Shown: positions 12,571 through 22,592 of the stretch, piece by piece
How positions within the stretch are numbered: the first letter of the stretch is position 1
How the letters are laid out: every line of letters starts with the position of its first letter
Assembly: GCA_950097015.1 (NCBI GenBank)
Contig: CATNEN010000003.1
Span: 5,642,001 to 5,706,000 of the forward strand
From: Macrostomum hystrix
Lineage: Eukaryota; Animalia; Platyhelminthes
Direction of reading: 5' to 3'
DNA: 64,000 nucleotides
Position numbers and translations under genes: made by a program
Notes under the pieces: model-generated
Told to the model about the DNA's origin: nothing
The model's database searches: none
The model's input: only the letters and a program-made list of their open reading frames with translations

Positions 12571-15500
12571 ATGGAAATGGCAGGTGTTGAAGCGCAATCT
12601 ATTGACAATGATGGAAAATTTAATGAAGATACCATTGAAGATAACTCGGGACTAGTTAAAGCTGCTGACGCAGCTGATGATAGTGGAGATCAGCAGCAGC
12701 AGAAGCGGCACTTTCGACACCAATACCGCGGTGGTCCGCCATATTCTCAACATTACCAATTCCCTTATCGTCATCCTTATAATCATAAGTATCGAGTTCG
12801 GCCTAGCAATCCGAATGCCAAAGTTGACATTGGTGTCTCGCAGCAACAATTGTTAACCTGTGAACTATGCGACATTAAATGCACCGGCGAATCTATTTAT
12901 AAGCTGCATTTGGAAGGTGCCAGGTAAATTCTTTAGTCAGTTCAACAAATAAGCCAATTTAAAAGTAATATTGGAAGTGCCTGGGTATCACGTGATGGAT
13001 TTACCTAATTCTAATTAAGGCACATTAAGAAGATGAAGGAGCAGCGGTATCAACAACTATGCGAAGCCAAAGATCCTGAAGTCTATTGCGATGTTTGCAA
13101 ACTGACCTTGCACCCGGAACTGATGGTCACTCATCGGGCCGGATTGCGGCATAGAAAAGCTGCGGGTGATGCCGTTGGTCAGAAATCTCTGCCGCCTGGT
13201 ATTCACCGGGTCAATAATCAGCAACCTGCTCATGCTAAGCAGGCTGATGGTGAAACTAAGGTGAGCTTGTTATAGCTCTCAAAATATTCGCTCTTTTTAC
13301 TTCACTTCTCTCTGCCTTACCTACTTGTGTTTACCTGATTCTCTACCTGTACACTTTGCTTCTCTACCTGTACACTTTGCTTCTCTACCTGTACACTTGA
13401 TGATCTACCTGTACACTTGCTTGTGTACCTTTACAGCCTTCTACTTCTCTACCTGTAAAATATTACATTTTCTTACTTCTCTCTCTCCCTCTCTCTCTTT
13501 TAATTACCCAGATTATCTATTAGTTGTAAAATATTTTCTTTCAGACTCCAAGCATTGCCGAACAAATCGCAAAAACGGAAAATGGCGATTCCCTTTCTAA
13601 TGACTCAACTGGCGGCTCTGTTGTCAACGAAAAAGAAAAGCCAGCCAGCCAGCCGGCTGCCACTCTGTTTGAGCGACACTTGAGCAGCCTATCCAAGAAG
13701 GAGCTGATCAAACGCTACCGGATGGCTTGCTCCGTGTGCGCCGTAGAGTTTGACAGCTTCACCCTAGCCGAAACTCATTTTAACTCTAAAGCTCATCGTT
13801 TCGCCTATCAGAAGTCTCAACGTGCTCAAGGTGAGTCGGATGAGTCACTGAATCATTAATTATCGTGGGTAGTTAGTTTTCCAATCGTTGGTAATTTCTT
13901 TATTTCAGCTCACCTCAGCTCCTATCAACGTCAAGGAGTTGAGGCAAAAAATCAATAAAAAGGTAATTAGATGGGGAATTTGCTATTTAATGTGTCGTTT
14001 TTTATCTTGAGAAAATATTTTGAACCATGTTTTGTTTTTTTTAGTTCTTGCTCGTAGCGTTGTAAAAAAATGAGATCATGCATCTCATTATTGCTTGACT
14101 TGAATTAGAATTTGGAAAATCACTTGAATGTTGCCTTTTAAATTTAGATCGACGCACAATTGAGGAGATAAAGCATAATGTAGTTAGTTGCATAATGCAT
14201 TGCGGGCACACAGGCGCACGCTAAGTTTAGAATAAAAGCTAATAATTAAAACGCTTCAACGGTAAAAAAGAAAAAAAGGAAGTGTCCTTAAAGAATAGCC
14301 TAATAAAAGAATATCTGGTCTTGGCCAGTTTTTCGCAGGGCACTTTTAATATAGACGCAGAAAAGTATGTTTCGCGGCACATCACGTGATTTCTATTAAT
14401 ACAAACTGACGTCAGATAAACAAGGCAGCAGACCCATAACCAAGGGGTCTGTTGCTAAAAATAGTACTGACGTCACAGGACGGGCAGATATGTTACTAAA
14501 AATAACACATGAGTCACAAGCACAAATAAAAAGGCAGACAAATCGCTGATCCGAGGGCAGAGGCTTGACCTGAAAAGAGACAGTAAAACTAGGATCGGAC
14601 AATGGTGTCCCAAGTTTGTGTGGGCGTAGATTAAAAGTTGATTACATCCGGCTATAAAAAATGACAAGTTTTTGTTACTAAACTCACTTCACATTCGTTT
14701 GTCCTTACTAATTTTCCTATGATCATTTTTATCAGGGATTAGCTTAAGGACTAGATTAACAATATTCAGATAGGCAGATAGCGCAGATAGGCAGACTTCC
14801 GTGACAATATCATGTTAAAAAAAGCAACTATCGGACAGGACGCTGACATTGCTTCTTGTTAAAATCGCAGTAAAATCAATAAAAAACTGAACTAATAAAC
14901 TCAGTAACTAAAGAGTGTGATCATGTGTCCTTCCTAATTTCCTGACACTCAAACAAAAAGTGGCATTCAGCAATTCGCTTGAGGACAAAATTAATCCAGG
15001 CTTCCAACTATCCTAGAGTTAGGCATGATTCTAAAAGTAGCCTGACTCTTGGACGAGACGCTGACATTGCTACTTATGAGTAGGGTAGTGAAAATTTAGC
15101 TGATAAGTTTATTATCATGTAAGTTCAAAGTAATATATATGTTGACGCTGTAAAATCGTCTACCATAGAAGCGCTAATTAATTGTAAATACTAATTTCGC
15201 TTGCATTACTTGTGAGTAGTGTTGTCAATATTTTATCCAGTCCTTCCTAATTTCCTGATAGTTCAACAAAAATTGGCAGTCAGGAATTCGCTTGAGGACG
15301 AAATTAATCTAAGCTTCCAACTATCCTAGAGTTAGGCATGATTCTAAAAGTAGCCTGAATCTTGGACGAGACGCTGACATTGCTACTTATGAGTAGGGTA
15401 GTGAAAATTTAGCTGCTAAGCTTATTATTATGTAAGTTCAAAGTAATATAAATGTTGACACTTGAAAATCGTCTACCATAGAAGCGCTAATTAATTGTAA

Positions 15501-17507
15501 ATACTAATTTCGCTTGCATTACTTGTGAGTAGTGTTGTCAATATTTTATCCAGTCCTTCCTAATTTCCTGACACCCAAACAAAAAGTGGCATTCAGGAAT
15601 TCGCTTGAGGACAAAATTAATCCAAGCTTCCAACTATCCTAGAGTTAGGCATGATTCTAAAAGTAGCCTGAATCTTGGACGAGACGCTGACATTGCTACT
15701 TATTAGTAGTGTAGTTAAAATATGCATTATGTTTCATATAAATAAGGTTCAATGAAAAATAGTTACAATTAATTTTTATATCGTCTAAGGTTAAAACACT
15801 AACGAACATTATATTATTATCTCGCTTCCACAAAGTATGAGAGTGTTCTGAATATTTTTTCCTGTCCTTCCTAATTTCCTGACACTCAAACAAAAAGTGG
15901 CATTCAGGAATTCGCTTGAGGACAAAATTAATCCAGGCTTCCAACTATCCTAGAGTTAGGCATGATTCTAAAAGTAGCCTGACTCTTGGACGAGACGCTG
16001 ACATTGCTACTTATGAGTAGGGTACTAGTGAAAATTTAGCTGATAAGTTTATTATTATGTAAGTTCAAAGTAATATATATGTTGACGCTGTAAAATCGTC
16101 TACCATAGAAGCGCTAATTAATTGTAAATACTAATTTCGCTTGCATTACTTGTGAGTAGTGTTGTCAATATTTTATCCAGTCCTTCCTAATTTCCTGATA
16201 GTTCAACAAAAATTGGCAGTCAGGGATTCGCTTGAGGACAAAATGAAGCCAAGCTTCCAACTATCCTAGAGTTAGGCATGATTCTAAAAGTAGCCTGAAT
16301 CTTGGACGAGACGCTGACATTGCTACTTATGAGTAGGGTAGTGAAAATTTAGCTGCTAAGCTTATTATTATGTAAGTTCAAAGTAATATATATGTTGACG
16401 CTTTAATATCGTCTACCATAGAAGCGATAATTATTTGTAAATAATAATTTCGCTTGCATTACTTGTGAGTAGTGTTGCAACTCTTTTATCAAGTCCTTCC
16501 TAATTTCCTGACACCCAAACAAAAAGTGGCATTCAGGGATTCGCTTGAGGACGAAATTAATCCAAGCTTCCAACTATCCTAGAGTTAGGCATGATTCTAA
16601 AAGTAGCCTGACTCTTGGACGAGACGCTGACATTGCTACTTATGAGTAGGGTAGTGAAAATTTAGCTGCTAAGCTTATTATTATGTAAGTTCAAAGTAAT
16701 ATATATGTTGACGCTTTAATATCGTCTACCATAGAAGCGATAATTATTTGTAAATAATAATTTCGCTTGCATTACTTGTGAGTAGTGTTGCAACTCTTTT
16801 ATCAAGTCCTTCCTAATTTCCTGACACTCAAACAAAAAGTGGCATTCAGCAATTCGCTTGAGGACGAAATTAATCCAAGCTTCCAACTATCCTAGAGTTA
16901 GGCATGATTCTAAAAGTAGCCTGACTCTTGGACGAGACGCTGACATTGCTACTTATTAGTATTGTAGTGAAAATTTAGCTGCTAAATTTATTATTATGTA
17001 AGTTCAATGTAATATAAATGTTGACACTTGAAAATCTTATGATCTCGCTTCCACAACGTATGTTGTAGTTTTGAATATTTTTCCTGTCCTTCCTAATTTC
17101 CTGACACTTAAACAAAAAGTGGCATTCAGGAATTCGCTTGAGGACGAAATTACTCAAGCTTCCAACTATCCTAGACTTGAGCATAAAGCTTAAAGTAGCG
17201 TGAGTCTTGGACGAGACGCTGACATTGCTACTTATGAGTAGTGTAGTGAGAATGTTAGTTAATTAATCTTCACCTGTCATCCGCTGGTCTTCACCTCATT
17301 TTTTCAACAGTTCGCTCCAGCGGGCACGTTTGCGAAGTGTGCGACATTGCTGTTAACTCCGAAGCTCTCTACAATGATCACATCAAGGGCTTTAAGCACG
17401 CTCTGAGACTTCACGGCGGGTACATACCTGAAGGCCACGAGTTTTATGACAAATATTCAAAACAGCGCGAGGCCTTGATCAGTTATAAAAAAAATTATTT
17501 CGCTTAG
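12571..17507 (+). CDS. Multi C2H2 matrin/dsRNA-binding-type zinc-finger protein (ZNF385/ZMAT/ZFR-like); exons 12571-12923, 13020-13260, 13545-13830, 17311-17507
   Basis: Four widely spaced fingers: CELCDIKC..HLEGARH, CDVCKL..HRAGLRH, CSVCAV..HFNSKAH and CEVCDI..HIKGFKH. Exon 3 (phase 1) splices in frame to 17311. Confidence 0.8.
13909..13962 (+). other. Candidate 54-nt cassette exon with an in-frame TAA (poison or alternative last coding exon)
   Basis: tttatttcag|CT...AAAAG|gtaatt. Read in frame from exon 3 it gives AHLSSYQRQGVEAKNQ*. Confidence 0.45.
14701..14851 (+). ncRNA. Diverged box H/ACA snoRNA paralog
   Basis: GTCCT..AGGAC hairpin, AGATTA H box, and a 3' end GACGCTGACATTG shared with the array copies. 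Confidence 0.45.
14927..15069 (+). ncRNA. Box H/ACA snoRNA, copy 1
   Basis: Hairpin-hinge (AAATTA)-hairpin-ACAttg, about 143 nt. Confidence 0.8.
15240..15382 (+). ncRNA. Box H/ACA snoRNA, copy 2
   Basis: Same fold; the apical stem variant TAGTT/AATTG keeps pairing. Confidence 0.8.
15553..15695 (+). ncRNA. Box H/ACA snoRNA, copy 3
   Basis: Same fold and boxes as copy 1. Confidence 0.8.
15864..16006 (+). ncRNA. Box H/ACA snoRNA, copy 4
   Basis: Same fold and boxes; the upstream spacer has diverged while the RNA body is conserved. Confidence 0.8.
16180..16322 (+). ncRNA. Box H/ACA snoRNA, copy 5
   Basis: The H box variant AAATGA still fits ANANNA. Confidence 0.8.
16493..16635 (+). ncRNA. Box H/ACA snoRNA, copy 6
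   Basis: Same fold and boxes as copy 1. Confidence 0.8.
16806..16948 (+). ncRNA. Box H/ACA snoRNA, copy 7
   Basis: Same fold and boxes as copy 1. Confidence 0.8.
17086..17227 (+). ncRNA. Box H/ACA snoRNA, copy 8
   Basis: The 3' stem carries a compensatory G-C to C-G change (AGAGTT/GACTCT to AGACTT/GAGTCT). Confidence 0.8.
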
Positions 17508-17659
17508 GAATGCAGTGTCAGTTTTTTTTATATATCATTGGATTTGACCACACTTTGCTTGCATGCTTTAAAATTAAGTAGGTTATAAAAACGACAGGTT
17601 TTTGTTGATGTTACTCAGTTTACTCAGTTTAGCCACATTTATAAAAGCCTCGTATATCA

Positions 17660-18320
17660 CTAAACTGTATCTCTTAATCTCAGAAATCCCTGATTTGTGC
17701 CCCTGAATCACAAAAATCCCTAGATTGTGTCTCTGAATCACAGAAATCCCTAGATTGTGTCCCTGAATCACAAAAATCCCTAGATTGTAGCTCTGAATCA
17801 CAGAAATCCCTAGATTGTGTCCCTGAATCACAGAAATCCTTAGATTGTGTTTTTGAGACAAATAAATCCCTAAATGGTGTCCCTGAATCTCAGATATCCC
17901 TAGATTATGTCCCTGAATCTCAGAAATCCCTAGATTGCGTCCCTGAGACACAGAAATCCCTAGATTGTGTCCCTGAATCACAGAAATCCCTAGATTGTGT
18001 CCCTGAATCACAGAAATCCCTAGATTGTGTCCCTGAATCACAGAAATCCCTAGATTGTGTCCCTGAATCACAGAAATCCCTAGATTGTGTCCCTGAATCA
18101 CAGAAATCCCTAGATTGTGTCCCTGAATCTCAGAAATCCCTAGATTATGTCCCTGAATCTCAGAAATCCCTAGATTGCGTCCCTGAATCACAGAAATCCC
18201 TAGATTGTGTCCCTGAATCTCAGATATCCTAAAATTTTGTCCCTCAATCTTAGAAATCCCAATGTTGTGTCGCGGAATCTCAAAAGTCCCTACATTGTGT
18301 CCCTCAATCTTAGAAATCCT
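17660..18320. repeat. 30-bp minisatellite
   Basis: Unit CCCTGAATCACAGAAATCCCTAGATTGTGT. Confidence 0.95.
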
Positions 18321-18647
18321 TAAATTTGTCTCTTTAACTCTTTGATTCCCATTTAAGTTCAACCTCTATGATCTCTAAATTTATTAAATTTTTTCAAGCT
18401 CATAAATGTGGCTATTCTGATTAATCTTCAAGCATTAGCCATTATGCTTCATAAAAAATTATTTGTAGTAATATTGGATTTTTTTCTAAATAAATACTTG
18501 CAATCGAGTCGCTAAATAATTTGTTACATTTTGCAACCATCACGTTTAGATATTTTTCTGCGGTAAAATGCTTTTTTAAATATTTTAATCGGGTTCCTTA
18601 TTGTTGTGACACTTTTGATAAAAGTAACCCACAGTAATCATCTAAAG

Positions 18648-19369
18648 CAGGGGTCGGCAAACTCCGGCCCGCGGGCCAGATGCGGCCCTTGAAGCTCCCA
18701 AATCCGGCCCGTTGCCCCTTCTGACATCTACAGTGTCCTGTTTCATCTCTCCCGTGTCTAATCTCTCCTGTTTCTCATCTCTCCCGTGTCTCATCTCTTC
18801 CGTGTCTCATCGCTCTCGTGTCTTATCTCTCCGTGTCTTATCTCTCCCGTGTCTAATCTCTCCCGTGTCTAATCTCTCCTGTGTCTAATCTCTCCCGTGT
18901 CTAATCTCTCCTGTGTCTAATCTCTCCCCTGTCTTATCTCTCCCGTGTCTCATCTCTCCCGTGTCTTATCTCTCCCGTGTCTAATCTCTCCCGTGTCTAA
19001 TCTCTCCTGTGTCTAATCTCTCCCCTGTCTTATCTCTCCCGTGTCTAATCTCTCCTGTGTCTAATCTCTCCCCTGTCTTATCTCTCCCGTGTCTAATCTC
19101 TCCTGTGTCTAATCTCTCCCCTGTCTTATCTCTCCCGTGTCTAATCTCTCCTGTGTCTAATCTCTCCCCTGTCTTATCTCTCCCCTGTCTTATCTCTCCC
19201 GTGTCTAATCTCTCCTGTGTCTAATCTCTCCCCTGTCTTATCTCTCCCGTGTCTAATCTCTCCCGTGTCTCATCTCTCCCCTGTCTCATATTTATACAGT
19301 CAATGCGGCCCGCTGTCGTCTTTTAGGTTCTCTCTTTGGCCCGCCAGCAAATAAGTTTGCCTACCCCTG
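18648..19369 (+). mobile_element. hAT MITE, copy 2 (opposite orientation to 2156-2971), with internal minisatellite
   Basis: TIR CAGGGGTCGGCAAAC...GTTTGCCTACCCCTG; 8-bp TSD ATCTAAAG (18640-18647 and 19370-19377). Confidence 0.92.
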
Positions 19370-19389
19370 ATCTAAAGTAATACAGCTTT

Positions 19390-19775
19390 AATAAAGTAAT
19401 AAGTGTTGTCTATTTACAGTTGAAAGAGCATGCTAGACCATGAGGGTATTTCAAATAGTTACTGCCTTCTGCACAATAGCTCCCAAACCGAATTACACAA
19501 TAATAATGATTGATTACACCTGCCCTAATTGGGCCAGATGTGCAGCCGACAGCACAGCCGCAGCTAATGCGCGGCGCATCTGTAGGTTGCGTACAGCTGT
19601 TCAGTCCATGGACTGGTTGGGGACGCCACACCCACACTCTATTATCCCAGCTAATGTTGGTACCCATTAAGTGTCTTGCTAAAGGGCGCAAATATTGTTC
19701 CAGTGGAGTTGGGAATCGAACCCCCGACCTTCAAGTCGTGAGTCCGACGCCCTAACCACTAGGCTACAATCTCAA
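19390..19775 (-). mobile_element. tRNA-derived SINE (CORE-like)
   Basis: The minus strand has an A box TAGCCTAGTGG and a B box GGTTCGATTCC, followed by CCTTTAGCAAGACACTTAA, which resembles the CORE-SINE segment. The 3' boundary is approximate. Confidence 0.7.
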
Positions 19776-20301
19776 CCTCAAGCTATACTCAACAGTAGTA
19801 GCCGACATGGTTACATAATAAAATTTGTCTGTTCTTTTTTTTTCAAACAGCTACCTTGGCTAATATTTTTTATCTCATATAATTTCTGTTATATTTTTCC
19901 ACTAGTATGTTCAAAATTTTGTTTTAAAAAAGCAACATTTTCTATCAATCCCTTGTACTTGAAATGCGTTTCATTAAAAGTTGAGTATACTTTTACCGTA
20001 TACTTTTGTTTAAGTACGTCTCAGTATAGCGCATTGCGATTCAAAAAATCAATTGAATTAATCATCTATTATTATATATTGTTATGTCGTTGTTTTAAAA
20101 TGGTAAAATATAACTTTTCATAAAGATTACATTGTATGAAAATATCACACGCGTTTTTGTTAACAATTTTCTTAGCAATTCCACGTTAGTAACAAATTGC
20201 TAAGAATGTAATTTAAAACAAAAATTTAATGGCTTTGCATATGATTTTTGTTAGTTTATTTCAGTTACTGATAACCATGTTTTTAGAATCTTGTTTTTTG
20301 T

Positions 20302-22510
20302 TCCATATCCTTCAGTTTGAGTGTTCCATATCCTTCAGTTTGAATATTCCATATCCTTCAGTTTGAGTGTTCAGAATCCTTCAGTTTGAGTGTTCAGAAT
20401 CCTTCAGTTTGAGTGTTCCATATCCTTCAGTTTGAGTGTTCCATATCCTTCAGTTTGAGTGTTCCATATCCTTCAGTTTGAGTGTTCAGAATCCTTCAGT
20501 TTGAGTGTTCAGAATCCTTCAGTTTGAGTGTTCCATATCCTTCAGTTTGAGTGTTCCATATCCTTCAGTTTGAGTGTTCCATATCCTTCAGTTTGAGTGT
20601 TCAGAATCCTTCAGTTTGAGTGTTCCATATCCTTCAGTTTGAGTGTTCCATATCCTTCAGTTTGAGTGTTCAGAATCCTTCAGTTTGAGTGTTCAGAATC
20701 CTTCAGTTTGAGTGTTCAGAATCCTTCAGTTTGAGTGTTCCATATCCTTCAGTTTGAGTGTTCAGAATCCTTCAGTTTGAGTGTTCCATATCCTTCAGTT
20801 TGAGTGTTCCATATCCTTCAGTTTGAGTGTTCCATATCCTTCAGTTTGAGTGTTCAGAATCCTTCAGTTTGAGTGTTCAGAATCCTTCAGTTTGAGTGTT
20901 CCATGTCCTTCAGTTTGAGTGTTCAGAATCCTTCAGTTTGAGTGTTCCATATCCTTCAGTTTGAGTGTTCAGAATCCTTCAGTTTGAGTGTTCAATATCC
21001 TTCAGTTTGAGTGTTCAGAATCCTTCAGTTTGAGTGTTCCATATCCTTCAGTTTGAGTGTTCAGAATCCTTCAGTTTGAGTGTTCAGAATCCTTCAGTTT
21101 GAGTGTTCCATATCCTTCAGTTTGAGTGTTCCATATCCTTCAGTTTGAGTGTTCAGAATCCTTCAGTTTGAGTGTTCAGAATCCTTCAGTTTGAGTGTTC
21201 AGAATCCTTCAGTTTGAGTGTTCCATATCCTTCAGTTTGAGTGTTCAGAATCCTTCAGTTTGAGTGTTCCATATCCTTCAGTTTGAGTGTTCCATATCCT
21301 TCAGTTTGAGTGTTCCATATCCTTCAGTTTGAGTGTTCAGAATCCTTCAGTTTGAGTGTTCAGAATCCTTCAGTTTGAGTGTTCCATGTCCTTCAGTTTG
21401 AGTGTTCAGAATCCTTCAGTTTGAGTGTTCAGAATCCTTCAGTTTGAGTGTTCAGAATCCTTCAGTTTGAGTGTTCAGAATCCTTCAGTTTGAGTGTTCA
21501 GAATCCTTCAGTTTGAGTGTTCAGAATCCTTCAGTTTGAGTGTTCAGAATCCTTCAGTTTGAGTGTTCAATATCCTTCAGTTTGAGTGTTCAGAATCCTT
21601 CAGTTTGAGTGTTCAATATCCTTCAGTTTGAGTGTTCAGAATCCTTCAGTTTGAGTGTTCCATATCCTTCAGTTTGAGTGTTCAGAATCCTTCAGTTTGA
21701 GTGTTCCATATCCTTCAGTTTGAGTGTTCAGAATCCTTCAGTTTGAGTGTTCAGAATCCTTCAGTTTGAGTGTTCCATATCCTTCAGTTTGAGTGTTCCA
21801 TATCCTTCAGTTTGAGTGTTCCATATCCTTCAGTTTGAGTGTTCCATATCCTTCAGTTTGAGTGTTCAGAATCCTTCAGTTTGTGTTCAGAATCCTTCAG
21901 TTTGAGTGTTCAGAATCCTTCAGTTTGAGTGTTCAGAATCCTTCAGTTTGAGTGTTCAGAATCCTTCAGTTTGAGTGTTCAGAATCCTTCAGTTTGAGTG
22001 TTCAGAATCCTTCAGTTTGAGTGTTCAGAATCCTTCAGTTTGAGTGTTCAGAATCCTTCAGTTTGAGTGTTCAGAATCCTTCAGTTTGAGTGTTCAGAAT
22101 CCTTCAGTTTGAGTGTTCAGAATCCTTCAGTTTGAGTGTTCAGAATCCTTCAGTTTGAGTGTTCCATATCCTTCAGTTTGAGTGTTCAGAATCCTTCAGT
22201 TTGAGTGTTCAGAATCCTTCAGTTTGAGTGTTCCATGTCCTTCAGTTTGAGTGTTCAGAATCCTTCAGTTTGAGTGTTCCATATCCTTCAGTTTGAGTGT
22301 TCAGAATCCTTCAGTTTGAGTGTTCCATGTCCTTCAGTTTGAGTGTTCCATATCCTTCAGTTTGAGTGTTCAGAATCCTTCAGTTTGAGTGTTCAGAATC
22401 CTTCAGTTTGAGTGTTCCATATCCTTCAGTTTGAGTGTTCAGAATCCTTCAGTTTGTGTTCCATATCCTTCAGTTTGAGTGTTCAGAATCCTTCAGTTTG
22501 AGTGTTCCAT
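20302..22510. repeat. 21-bp minisatellite (about 2.2 kb) with two unit variants
   Basis: Unit ATCCTTCAGTTTGAGTGTTC followed by CAT or AGA. Confidence 0.97.
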
Positions 22511-22592
22511 ATTATCTAGTTTGAGCATAGTCAAGGCCGCTCAAACATTACCATAGAACATGCTTACAAGTTAAAGGAACCAACTGTTTCAG

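Noticed and set aside
14927-17227. CRISPR array or hammerhead ribozyme array
   Set aside because: The spacers are homologous to each other, the context is eukaryotic and there are no cas genes. No CUGANGA core precedes the stem. H/ACA features fit better.
19700-19775. Functional tRNA gene
   Set aside because: It has A and B boxes but no convincing acceptor stem, and it continues into a SINE-like body.
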